Positions 45,955 through 55,081 of a stretch of 64,000 nt of DNA are shown here, piece after piece. Under the pieces are notes generated by a model. It saw nothing but the letters and a program-made list of their open reading frames with translations. It made no database searches and was not told the DNA's origin. The position numbers and the translations under genes are program-made. Position 1 is the stretch's first letter, and every line of letters begins with the position of its first letter. The DNA is from Alphaproteobacteria bacterium (GTDB lineage Bacteria > Pseudomonadota > Alphaproteobacteria > GCA-2731375): NCBI GenBank assembly GCA_965232515.1, contig CBDDPY010000002.1, forward strand, positions 1,920,001-1,984,000. The letters run 5' to 3'.

Positions 45955-46962
45955 TTATGGCTTCACCACCATAAGGCTGTCGTCAGCGAGCCCGTAGACC
46001 AGTTCCGCACCCGCCTGCCCGTCGAGGTCGGCGGCGACAATGGCCGTGACGATTTCCGCCGGCTGGTTCAGCCGCACCAGCTCGCGGAACCGTCCGCCCG
46101 CGAAACTGACGATCCGGAGGCTGCGCCGCGCCGCGTCCGGCACGGCGATATCCGGGACGCCGTCGCCGTCGGTATCGAGAATGGCGGCCATGCCCAGCTC
46201 ACGCGAGTCGAGCGCATGGTTGGAAAACCCCGGCTCGGCCGCGAGCCGCCGCAGGTGGCCGTCCCGCATCCGGTAGAGCGTCAGGATGCCGCCGATATGG
46301 GGTGTGATCACCATGGCCACCTCCGGACCGCCGTCGCCGTCGAAATCGGCCACGCCGACCGGATTGAGCCAACGGTGCGGGGTGCCGATAGCCGGCGCCT
46401 CGGCGACGATCCGTACCTCGTCATCGACCAGGTCCAAAACCGCCAGCGCCGCCCCGGCATCGAGATAGGACCGCACGACCACCAGTTCCTCATCGCCGTC
46501 GCCGTCCACATCCGCCAGCCGCGCCAGCCGATCCTCGAACACCGAGTCGGACGGCAGCCGGAAGTGCCGCGTACGGCCGTCGGCCAGCGCCACGCTCAAG
46601 CCCGAGGCCTCGATGGCATCCCCAAGGACGGCATGCCGATAGCGGTCCGTCGGTCCCGTCAGCCAGGCGGCCGCAATCTCGCCACTGCCTTCGGTAACGA
46701 TGCCGTCCGGCAGCATGTCCGGGCGGTCCTTGTTCAACGGCGGCGAGAACGATCGCTGCCGCACAACGTCGAGGCCCCCGTCCGTCAGCGCCACCCGGAA
46801 ATACGATCCGCTGCCGTTGCGCATGACCAGCCCCTCGGCATCGGAAATGAACGCCGCTACCGCACCGAAGCCGGTCGCGCGGTACATCTGCGGCTCGGCC
46901 GCGGCGGCCGCCGCCAGGCCGGCCGTCAGCGCCGCCGCCAGAACGCCGCTGCTACTTCGCAA
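45955..46962 (-). CDS. Secreted FG-GAP/VCBS-like repeat protein
   Basis: Ala-rich signal peptide; repeated DxDGDG Ca-binding motifs (ADVDGDGDEE, ADFDGDGGPE, LDTDGDGVPD); start approximate. Confidence 0.7.
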   Translation of the reverse strand: MRSSSGVLAAALTAGLAAAAAAEPQMYRATGFGAVAAFISDAEGLVMRNGSGSYFRVALTDGGLDVVRQRSFSPPLNKDRPDMLPDGIVTEGSGEIAAAWLTGPTDRYRHAVLGDAIEASGLSVALADGRTRHFRLPSDSVFEDRLARLADVDGDGDEELVVVRSYLDAGAALAVLDLVDDEVRIVAEAPAIGTPHRWLNPVGVADFDGDGGPEVAMVITPHIGGILTLYRMRDGHLRRLAAEPGFSNHALDSRELGMAAILDTDGDGVPDIAVPDAARRSLRIVSFAGGRFRELVRLNQPAEIVTAIVAADLDGQAGAELVYGLADDSLMVVKP

Positions 46963-47896
46963 GCTGCGCCATCTGGCCGAACAGGCCGACGATGTCGGGC
47001 GGCGTCGTGTCGCCGCTGAACTCGCGATAGAGCGTCGAGACATTGACGATGATCCGTTCGGCGTCGCCCCAGGAGGAATAGTCGTCGAGCGCGATGTCCT
47101 GCGCCGCTTCCATGGCGCTCATGCCGGCATCGTAGCGCTTGCGGGCTTCTGCCTGCACGTAGGCCAGATAATCCCGCACTTCAGTCACGCCCGCCTTGTC
47201 GGTCAGCGGACCGTGGCCCGGCACGATGACATCCACGTCCATGGCCAGGATCCGCTCGCAGGCCCGGATCCAGTTGTCGACCGGCCCGGCCCAGACGATC
47301 GGGTGGCCCTCGATGAACAGGATGTCGCCGGTGAACACAGCGCGGTCGGCCGGCACGTGCACCAGCACGTCGCCGCGCGTATGCGCCGGACCGACCTCAA
47401 TCAGCTCGACCCGCTTGTCGCCGACGTCCAACGTCAGCTCGGCATCGAAGGTCCGGGTCGGCGGCGTCAGCGTGATGCCCTCGAAATCGAAGTCGCCGAA
47501 GATGCGCGTCAGATAGTCGCCCAGCTCGCCCATATCGGGCGCCGAGCGCATGATCTGCGCCAGCATCGCCGCCGGCACCTCCTCCATCTCCTCGGCGCCG
47601 GCGCGCGAGGCGACGATTTCGGCGCCCTCGACCAGCTCGTTGCCCCAACAATGGTCGCCGTTGGCGTGCGTGTTGACCAGCGTGCCGATGTCTTTCGCCG
47701 CCGGCACCGCCCGCCGCATTTCGTCCAGCATGGTCTGGGTCAGGTTCAGGTCGAACAGCGTGTCGACCAACATCGTCTGGTCGCCGTCGGCGATCAGCCC
47801 GGCATTGCTCCAGCCCCAGGAACCGTCCGGCTGCAGATAGGCGAAGATGCCGTCGCCCAGATCGTGCAGCCCCTTGGCATAGGATGTCTTCGCCAT
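46952..47896 (-). CDS. Metallo-beta-lactamase-fold hydrolase (cyclase-like)
   Basis: GWSNAG, NTHANGDHCWGN, AHTRGD, FTGD, VPGHG. Confidence 0.88.
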   Translation of the reverse strand: MAKTSYAKGLHDLGDGIFAYLQPDGSWGWSNAGLIADGDQTMLVDTLFDLNLTQTMLDEMRRAVPAAKDIGTLVNTHANGDHCWGNELVEGAEIVASRAGAEEMEEVPAAMLAQIMRSAPDMGELGDYLTRIFGDFDFEGITLTPPTRTFDAELTLDVGDKRVELIEVGPAHTRGDVLVHVPADRAVFTGDILFIEGHPIVWAGPVDNWIRACERILAMDVDVIVPGHGPLTDKAGVTEVRDYLAYVQAEARKRYDAGMSAMEAAQDIALDDYSSWGDAERIIVNVSTLYREFSGDTTPPDIVGLFGQMAQLAK

Positions 47897-48681
47897 CACG
47901 GCGCTCCGTCTTCCAATATCGCAACGGCCCGCGTCCAGCCGGCGGACGCGCCGCGGATCTTCACCGGAAAGCAGGCGACCGTGAAGCCGTCCGCCGGCAG
48001 CGCTTCCAGGTTATGCAGTTTCTCCAGATGGCAATAGCCGATATCGCGGCCGGCCTTGTGGCCCTCCCAAATGATGCTGGCGTCCTGGCTCTCGGCGTAT
48101 TTCTCCGCCGTGTAGACGAACGGCGCGTCCCACGACCAGGCGTCCGTGCCCGTCAGCCGCACGCCGCGCTCCAGCAAGTACATCGTTGCTTCATAGCCCA
48201 TGCCGCAGCCGGCCTCGACATAGTCGTCCTGGCCGTAGGCCGAACCGGCCCGCGTGTTGACCACGACGATATCGAGCGGTTGCAGGTCATGCCCGATGCG
48301 GCCTAGCTCGGCCTCGACGTCGGCCGCCGTCACCACATAGCCGTCATCGAACTGCCGGAAGTCCAGCTTCACGCCGGGCCGGAAGCACCAGTCCAGCGGC
48401 ACCTCGTCGATGGTGATCGCCCGCTCGCCCTTGTTCATGGTCGAGGCGAAGTGATACGGCGCATCCAGGTGCGTGCCGTTATGCGTGATCAGCTCGACCT
48501 TCTCGATCGCCCAGGCCTCGCCGTCCGGCAGGTCCTGCTTCCGCAGACCCGGAAAGAAGGCCGTCATCTGATCGACCGACATCTCATGGTCGATATAGCT
48601 GATCTTCGGGTTGAACGGCTGCGGGTCGGAGACGACGTCGTTCTCCAGCGGCATGGAAATGTCGATGAACTGCCGGGCCAT
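47896..48681 (-). CDS. Cyclase-family (kynurenine formamidase-like) metal-dependent hydrolase
   Basis: THNGTHLDAP.H motif, GTDAWSWD, HLEKL.NL. Confidence 0.88.
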   Translation of the reverse strand: MARQFIDISMPLENDVVSDPQPFNPKISYIDHEMSVDQMTAFFPGLRKQDLPDGEAWAIEKVELITHNGTHLDAPYHFASTMNKGERAITIDEVPLDWCFRPGVKLDFRQFDDGYVVTAADVEAELGRIGHDLQPLDIVVVNTRAGSAYGQDDYVEAGCGMGYEATMYLLERGVRLTGTDAWSWDAPFVYTAEKYAESQDASIIWEGHKAGRDIGYCHLEKLHNLEALPADGFTVACFPVKIRGASAGWTRAVAILEDGAP

Positions 48682-48694
48682 GGCGTCCTCCTCG

Positions 48695-49363
48695 TCAAGC
48701 CGTTGCGGTCAGTCGCCGGCGGGGCGTTCCGGCCGCCGCCGTCCCGGCGCGGAAGCCGGCCGCTAGGAACGGCACCATATGTGCCGTGATGCGCGCGAAG
48801 TCGGCCGAGCGGAAGCGGCCGTCCGTCAGCCGGTCGACGCGGCCGGTGTCGGCGAAGGTATGCAGCATGGCGCCCATCAGGAAATGGAAGCTCCAGACCA
48901 CCTCCTCCTCGCTGCGCTCGGGCAGCGCCTTCCGGAACGCGGCGATAAACCGGCGCGCGACCGGATCGAACTGATCGATGATCGTCGCCAGCGACGGCGT
49001 CGCGCCGCTGTTGGCGACCTGCGCGATCAGGCGGGCATAGTTCTTCCAGCCGGGATCGCCGCCCATCGAGATCTCCAGCAACGGCTGCACGAACGCGGTG
49101 ATCAGCGCTTCGACCGTCGGCCGGTCGCCCGCCGCCTCGGCCTCGGCCAGCATCGCCAGCCGCCGCTCGCCCAGCACCGCGGTGCGGCGTTCGAACACAC
49201 GCTCCCACAGGCCGGTCTTGCTGCCGAAATGGTAATTCACCATGGCCAGCTGCACGCCGGCCTCGGTCGTGATCTGGCGCAGCGAGACGCCGTCATAGCC
49301 GTGGTCGGCGAACAGCCGTTCGGCGGCGTCGAGGATCTTCGTGCGGGTGGCTTCGCCGGGCAT
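48695..49363 (-). CDS. TetR/AcrR-family transcriptional regulator
   Basis: TRTKILDAAERLFADHGYDGVSLRQIT.EAGV..VNYHFGSK. Confidence 0.9.
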   Translation of the reverse strand: MPGEATRTKILDAAERLFADHGYDGVSLRQITTEAGVQLAMVNYHFGSKTGLWERVFERRTAVLGERRLAMLAEAEAAGDRPTVEALITAFVQPLLEISMGGDPGWKNYARLIAQVANSGATPSLATIIDQFDPVARRFIAAFRKALPERSEEEVVWSFHFLMGAMLHTFADTGRVDRLTDGRFRSADFARITAHMVPFLAAGFRAGTAAAGTPRRRLTATA

Positions 49364-49388
49364 CTCTGCTTCGTGTCGCGATTCCAGA

Positions 49389-49420
49389 TTGATTGAACGT
49401 TCGTATAAATTTCTTGTCAA
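49389..49420 (-). promoter_or_regulatory. Sigma70-like promoter (TTGACA-N17-TTCAAT) overlapping a GAACGTTC palindrome (putative TetR operator)
   Basis: Minus strand reads TTGACA agaaatttatacgaacg TTCAAT; lies between the divergent tetR and dctP genes. Confidence 0.55.
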
Positions 49421-49572
49421 TGCCGGATCGCCCTGTCTAGAGTCGAGACGAGCAAACGAACAGCCAGGAGCGCCCGATAGGGGGGCCGCATCCAGGCCGA
49501 TAACCAACGACGGCGCGACCTCGGGCAGCGCAAGCAGTTGACGGGTCGCCGCCGACAGGGGAGGAGGCGACC

Positions 49573-50676
49573 ATGACGACAGCGCTGTTGCGCCGGATTT
49601 CCGAAACCTTGCCAGGACTGACCAAGCTTGCCGCCACCGGCGCCGTCGCCGCGGCGCTGTTGACAACGCCGGCGCGAGCCGAGACCTACAACCTGACGGT
49701 CGCGGCCGGCCATCCGCCGGTCTTCCTCTGGGTCAAGCTGATGAGCGAGTTCTTCATCCCCGAGGTCGACAAGCGCCTGGCCGCCGCCGGCGGCGCGCAC
49801 AAGGTCGAATGGACCGAGGCCTATGGCGGCACGGTCGCCAAGATCGGCGGCGTGCTGGAGGCGATCGAGGAAGGTCTTGTCGACATGGGCTTCGTCGGCA
49901 CCATCTTCGAAGCGCCGAAGATGCCGCTGCAGAACGTCTCATACGTCACGCCCTTCGGCAGCGACGACATCGGCGTCGTCACCGGCGCCATCATCAAGCT
50001 GCAGCAGGACATCCCGGCCATGGGCGCGTCGTGGGAGAAGTACAATCAAGTCTTCCTTGGCGGCGCCGCGCTCGACAGCTACCACCTGTTCACCACCTTC
50101 CCCGTGACTTCCGTTGCCGACATCGACGGCAAGAAGATCCTGGCGCCCGGCCCATCCGCCAACTGGGTCAAGGGCACCGGCGCGGTCGCCGTCGCCGGCA
50201 ACCTGCAGACCTACTACAACGACATCAAAACAGGCGTCGCCGACGGCGTGTTGACCTTCACCACCGGCGCCTGGGGCTGCAAGTGCTTCGAGGTCGCGCC
50301 GCACATCACCAAGGTCAACTTCGGCTCCCAGTTCGCCGGCGGCATCTCCATCAACAAGGACACCTGGGACGGCATGGCGCCCGAGGTCCAACAGGTGTTC
50401 CGCGACGTCGCCGCCGAATACACCACGCGCTTCGCCCAGGCACAGCAGAACGCCGCCAACGCGTTGCTCGCCAAGATGGTCGAGGCCGGCGCCAAGGTCG
50501 CCGAGATCGACGCTGGCGAACGGGCGAAGTGGGCCGGCATGGTGCCGAACATCGCCAAGCAGTGGGCCGCCAAGCTCGACGGCGAAGGCCAGCCCGGCAG
50601 CGAAGTCCTGAAAGGCTTCATGACGCAGCTCAGCGCCGCCGGCGCCAATGTGCCGCGGGACTGGTCGGCGGAATGA
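49573..50676 (+). CDS. dctP: TRAP transporter substrate-binding protein
   Basis: Signal peptide, GG.V.K...L..I..G.VD, Y..IKTGV.DG; followed by small and large permeases. Confidence 0.88.
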   Translation: MTTALLRRISETLPGLTKLAATGAVAAALLTTPARAETYNLTVAAGHPPVFLWVKLMSEFFIPEVDKRLAAAGGAHKVEWTEAYGGTVAKIGGVLEAIEEGLVDMGFVGTIFEAPKMPLQNVSYVTPFGSDDIGVVTGAIIKLQQDIPAMGASWEKYNQVFLGGAALDSYHLFTTFPVTSVADIDGKKILAPGPSANWVKGTGAVAVAGNLQTYYNDIKTGVADGVLTFTTGAWGCKCFEVAPHITKVNFGSQFAGGISINKDTWDGMAPEVQQVFRDVAAEYTTRFAQAQQNAANALLAKMVEAGAKVAEIDAGERAKWAGMVPNIAKQWAAKLDGEGQPGSEVLKGFMTQLSAAGANVPRDWSAE

Positions 50677-51233
50677 GCGACGCGGGCGAAGCTGGCGCGG
50701 ACCGCCCCGCCCGCTTCGCCCTGCACCGGCTGACCGGCGGCATGAACGCCGTCGGCACGGCCTGGATCTTCGTGCTGATGGTGTTGATCAACGCCGACGT
50801 CATTGGCCGCGAAGCCTTCGGCGCGCCGGTCCGCGGCGTCACCGAGATCGTCTCGCTGTCGATCGTCGGCATCGTCTTCCTGCAGCTCGCGCACACGCTC
50901 TGGGCCGGTCGCATCACCCGCTCCGACGCCCTGCTCGGCCGGCTGCTCGGCGCCCGTCCCCGCCTCGGCCACACGCTGGAAGCGGTCTATCATCTCACCG
51001 GCGCCGTCCTGTTCCTGATCCTGTTCTGGGCCTCGAAACCCTATTTCGAACGCGCCTGGACGGACGGCGAATACATCGGCGCCTTCGGCGACTTCACCGC
51101 CCCGACCTGGCCCGTGCGCCTGATCATCCTGATCGGCAGCCTCGCCACCGCCGCCACCTTCGCCCTCCTCGCTTGGCGGCACGTCAGGGCGTGTTTCGGT
51201 GGGCCGGACGAACAGAGCGTGGAAGAACATTGA
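50673..51233 (+). CDS. dctQ: TRAP transporter small permease
   Basis: ATG overlaps the dctP stop; INADVIGR..F.AP..GVTE; 4 TM. Confidence 0.85.
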   Translation: MSDAGEAGADRPARFALHRLTGGMNAVGTAWIFVLMVLINADVIGREAFGAPVRGVTEIVSLSIVGIVFLQLAHTLWAGRITRSDALLGRLLGARPRLGHTLEAVYHLTGAVLFLILFWASKPYFERAWTDGEYIGAFGDFTAPTWPVRLIILIGSLATAATFALLAWRHVRACFGGPDEQSVEEH

Positions 51234-51252
51234 ACGCCACCGCCCCAATAGT

Positions 51253-51437
51253 CCCCTCTCCCGCTTGCGGGGGAGGGCTAGGGTGGGGGCATGTGAAACT
51301 GCCCCAGCGTTCAGCTGCGACAAGTAGATGGGCTCAATCTGTCGCTGCGGTCGATAGAGAAATCTTGAAGCGCGCTGTGCGCGGTGCCCCCCTCACCCTA
51401 CCCTCTCCCCCCACTGCTGCGCAGCGGGGGGAGAGGG
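51253..51437. repeat. CCCTCTCCC...GGGAGAGGG-type palindromic element
   Basis: CCCCTCTCCCGCTTGCGGGGGAGGGCTAGGGTGGGG and inverted partner CCCCTCACCCTACCCTCTCCCCC...GGGGAGAGGG, inside the TRAP operon. Confidence 0.8.
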
Positions 51438-51447
51438 AGTTTGGCTC

Positions 51448-52755
51448 ATGACCGGCCTCGAGATCGGCGCGCTGTCGCTTGCCGCCATGCTGCTGCTGAT
51501 CTGGGCCGGCATGCATGTCGCGGTGGCGCTGACGCTGCTCTCTTTCGTCGGCGTCTGGGCCATCAAAGGCAATTGGGTGATCGCCTCGAAGCTGCTGGCG
51601 CTCGCCGCCTACGATTCCATCGCCAACCACATCTTCGGCGTCGTGCCGCTGTTCGTGCTGATGGGCCTGCTGGTCAGCGTCTCCGACATCGGCAAGGACA
51701 CGTTCGAGGTGGCGCACCGCCTGTTCCGGCGCCTGAAAGGCGGGCTCGGCATCGCCACGGTCGCCGCCAACGCCGTGTTCGCGGCGATCACGGGCATCTC
51801 GATCGCCAGCGCCGCCGTCTTCACCAAGGTCGCGGTGCCGGAAATGCTGAAGCTCGGCTACACGCCGCGCTTCGCCACTGGCGTCGTCGCCGGCTCGTCG
51901 GTCCTGGGCATGCTGATCCCGCCCAGCCTGCTGCTGATCCTCTACGGCTTCCTGTCCGAGACCTCGGTCGGCGCGCTGTTCATCGCCGGCATCATCCCCG
52001 GCCTGCTGCTTGCCGTCGCCTTCGGCCTGGCGATCCTGGTGATGGCGCACCGCTTCCCCGCCTTGGTCGGCGGCGAGACGGCAAGCGATCAGGGCGAGGC
52101 CATCACGCTCGTCGAGGCCGGCGCCAAGCTCGCGCCCATCGTGCTGCTGATCGCCGTCGTGCTGGGCGGCATCTACGGCGGCCTGTTTACGCCCACCGAG
52201 GCCGGCGCCGTCGGCGCGCTCGGTGCGCTGCTGCTGGCGCTGGCAAAACGCAAGCTGACGCCGGCCGGGTTCTGGCGCGTGCTGGTCGAGACCGGCCATG
52301 TCACCGTCTCGATTTCGTTCCTGATCATCGCCGCCAGCATCTATACCCGCATGCTGACGCTGGCCGGCATTCCGCAATTCCTGATCGCCGGCGTCGAGGG
52401 CGCCGAGCTCGGCTTCGCCGCCCTGCTGGCGATCTATGTGATCGTGATCCTGATCATGGGCACGGTGCTGGACTCGACCTCCATCCTGCTGATCGCCCTG
52501 CCGCTGATCCTGCCCATCGTCGGCGGCTTCGACGTCGACCTCGTCTGGTTCGGCATCGTCACCATTCTGGCGGTCGAGATCGGTCTGCTGACGCCGCCGC
52601 TCGGCATCGCCGTCTATGTCATCAAGAGCACGCTCGACGACGCCCGCATCGGCCTCGGCGATATTTTCGTCGGCGCCGCGCCCTTCGCGCTGATCATGCT
52701 CTTCGTGCTATTCGCCGTCATCGCCTGGCCGCAGTTGAGCTTGGCCCTGCTATAA
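51448..52755 (+). CDS. dctM: TRAP transporter large permease
   Basis: VPLFVLMG, LGMLIPPS, GIYGG.FTPTEAGA, IGLLTPPLG. Confidence 0.92.
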   Translation: MTGLEIGALSLAAMLLLIWAGMHVAVALTLLSFVGVWAIKGNWVIASKLLALAAYDSIANHIFGVVPLFVLMGLLVSVSDIGKDTFEVAHRLFRRLKGGLGIATVAANAVFAAITGISIASAAVFTKVAVPEMLKLGYTPRFATGVVAGSSVLGMLIPPSLLLILYGFLSETSVGALFIAGIIPGLLLAVAFGLAILVMAHRFPALVGGETASDQGEAITLVEAGAKLAPIVLLIAVVLGGIYGGLFTPTEAGAVGALGALLLALAKRKLTPAGFWRVLVETGHVTVSISFLIIAASIYTRMLTLAGIPQFLIAGVEGAELGFAALLAIYVIVILIMGTVLDSTSILLIALPLILPIVGGFDVDLVWFGIVTILAVEIGLLTPPLGIAVYVIKSTLDDARIGLGDIFVGAAPFALIMLFVLFAVIAWPQLSLALL

Positions 52756-52790
52756 GATTGGCCGCGTGGCGCACGATTCGCGCCGCAGGT

Positions 52791-53693
52791 ATGGGAATCG
52801 ATGGCGTGTCCGACGCGGCGTTGCAACGATGTGCGGGTCTAAGCTGCTGGACCGGTCCGGTCGATCCGGAACCGCTGCCCGGCGGGCTCAGCAACAGCAA
52901 TTTCCTGGTCCATGACAACGGCCAAGTCTACGCCGTGCGCATCGGCGACGACGCGCCCGAGCATGCCGTTTACCGCTTCAACGAGATCACCGTGGCGCAG
53001 GCCGCCGAGGCCGCCGGCCTCTCGCCGCCGATCGTGCATCACGAACCCGGCGCCCTGGTCATGGACTACATCGAGGGCGGACGGCCGCTCGACAAGGCCG
53101 ATATCGGCCGCGACGACATGCTGCCGCGCATCGTCGATCTTATCCGCGACTGCCACCTGGAAATGCCGCGCCATCTCGAGGTGCCTGGCCCGATGTTCTG
53201 GGTCTTCCAGGTCAACCGCCGCTACGCGCGGATCCTGGTGAACGCCCGCAGCCGCATGGCCGACAGCTTGCGCGCCTGGCTCGAGCTGAACGACGAATGG
53301 GAAGAGACGATCGGCGCCATCCGTCCGGTCTTCTCGCATAACGACCTGCTGGCCGCCAACATCGTCGACGACGGCCGGCGTCTCTGGCTCATTGACTGGG
53401 AGTACGGCGGCTGGAACACAGCGCTATTCGACCTCGCCAACCTGGCGTCGAACAACGAGTTGCCCCCGAACCGTGATGCCTGGCTGCTCGAAGCCTATTT
53501 CGAATCACCGGCCGGCACCGATTGCCAGCACGCCTTCCGCGCCATGAAATGCGCATCGCTGCTGCGCGAGTTGATGTGGAGCCTGGTGACGGAGGTCTAT
53601 TCGACGCTCGACATTGACTTCGCCGCCTACAGCGACGAACTCGTCGGCCGCCTGGACGCGGCCATCGCGGTATACCGCTCTGGCGGCGGCTGA
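52791..53693 (+). CDS. Choline/ethanolamine kinase-like (APH-family) phosphotransferase
   Basis: GGLSNSN, Brenner motif SHNDLLAANI, LIDWEYGG.N. Confidence 0.88.
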   Translation: MGIDGVSDAALQRCAGLSCWTGPVDPEPLPGGLSNSNFLVHDNGQVYAVRIGDDAPEHAVYRFNEITVAQAAEAAGLSPPIVHHEPGALVMDYIEGGRPLDKADIGRDDMLPRIVDLIRDCHLEMPRHLEVPGPMFWVFQVNRRYARILVNARSRMADSLRAWLELNDEWEETIGAIRPVFSHNDLLAANIVDDGRRLWLIDWEYGGWNTALFDLANLASNNELPPNRDAWLLEAYFESPAGTDCQHAFRAMKCASLLRELMWSLVTEVYSTLDIDFAAYSDELVGRLDAAIAVYRSGGG

Positions 53694-53729
53694 CGCCTGT
53701 TCAAGACGAAAACAGACGGAGTCGGTTGC

Positions 53730-53819
53730 CCTGGATGCCCGTGTCGAGCACGGGCATGACAGTTCTGGTGTTGATGCGGAATCTAACTGTCATTGCCGGG
53801 CTCGACCCGGCAATCCAGG
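53730..53819. repeat. REP/RPE-like double-hairpin element
   Basis: CTGGATGCCCGTGTCGAGCACGGGCATGACAGTT...AACTGTCATTGCCGGGCTCGACCCGGCAATCCAG between convergent genes. Confidence 0.8.
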
Positions 53820-53841
53820 TGACGGCCGTCGCGATCGACGC

Positions 53842-54669
53842 CTAATCCAGGTAGACCCGCATGTTCTCCCGCGCGACGAAAGCGCCGTCCCAGGTGTAGC
53901 GGGCTTCCGAGTCGAGACGCTCCATGAAGGCGTCCTCGTGGTCGGGGTCGTGGTGGAAGATCGCCAGGCGCTTGACGTCGGCCATGTGGCAGAGCCGCAC
54001 GCCTTCCTGCCAGGTCGAATGACCCCAGCCGACGTGGGCCGGGAATTCCTTGTCGGTGTACGTGGAATCGTAGATCACCAGATCGGCGCCGGCGATCAGA
54101 TCGAGGATGTTCTCATCCGGCTTGTCGGGGATGTGCTCGGTGTCGGTCACATAGCACAGCGAGCGGCCGCGATAGTTGATGCGGTAGCCGGTGGCGTTGT
54201 CCGGGTGGTTCAGCGCGCAGGTCTTGACCTCGACGCCGGTGCCCAGCTTGAAGGTCTCGCCGGCCTTGAAGTCCTCGAACTCCATGGTCGACCGCATGGC
54301 CTCCAGCGGCACGGGAAAGGTCGGCGCGGTCATCTGCCCGGCCAGCACGTCGCGGATGCCGATATCCTTATCCCAGAGATGGCCGGCCATGATCTTGAAC
54401 TTGAAGCCTTCGCGGAACGCCGGCGAGAAGAACGGGAAGCCGTTGATATGGTCCCAATGCGTATGCGACATCAGGATATGCGCCTCGCGCACGTTCTTCT
54501 TCAAAAGCCAATGGCCGAGATTGCGCGCGCCCGTGCCGAGATCGAAGACGATCTTCTGGCCGCCGGCTGAAATTTCGACGCAACTCGTATTGCCGCCGAA
54601 GGCGACGTACTTCGCCGACGGACAGGCGATGCTGCCACGCACACCCCAGAACTTTATCTTGAAGCTCAT
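53842..54669 (-). CDS. MBL-fold metallo-hydrolase (RNase Z / phosphodiesterase-like)
   Basis: FWGVRGS, GGNTSC, SHTHWDHING, TDTEH, WGHS, FHHDP. Confidence 0.88.
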   Translation of the reverse strand: MSFKIKFWGVRGSIACPSAKYVAFGGNTSCVEISAGGQKIVFDLGTGARNLGHWLLKKNVREAHILMSHTHWDHINGFPFFSPAFREGFKFKIMAGHLWDKDIGIRDVLAGQMTAPTFPVPLEAMRSTMEFEDFKAGETFKLGTGVEVKTCALNHPDNATGYRINYRGRSLCYVTDTEHIPDKPDENILDLIAGADLVIYDSTYTDKEFPAHVGWGHSTWQEGVRLCHMADVKRLAIFHHDPDHEDAFMERLDSEARYTWDGAFVARENMRVYLD

Positions 54670-55030
54670 TTGCGCCCTCGTCTGACTCTATCGGGTTGCA
54701 CGCATGGTCGGCGCCATTTGTTTAACCGCGGTCCCCCAAAACCTGCTCCGTACCGTCGCCCGACAAGCCAATGGCTCCCTCCAACAACGACAAAGTAATA
54801 GCACCTTTCGCGCAAGTGTTGGTGCGCGTAAATGTAAATATAAGCACATTGCGAAGCATGCTGAGTGACGGTTATCACACGGTTCTGGCCGTTCGAACCG
54901 ACCGAAATCCGCGGATTTTCGGCATTTGAGATCGGAATGTTGTTTGCCGCATCCGCTCACGAATGCTTGGCGCCGGCGGCCCGTTCGACGCTGGCGATGC
55001 GGTGACGAAACAGCGATGCGCGAATCAGAA

Positions 55031-55056
55031 CGGCGGCGAAGTCCGCTTCGCCGCCG
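55031..55056 (-). terminator. Probable intrinsic terminator downstream of the USP gene
   Basis: 11-bp GC stem CGGCGGCGAAG/CTTCGCCGCCG with a 4-nt loop and a weak T-tail on the minus strand. Confidence 0.55.
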
Positions 55057-55081
55057 CCAGGTAACTAATGCATATTAGCGG

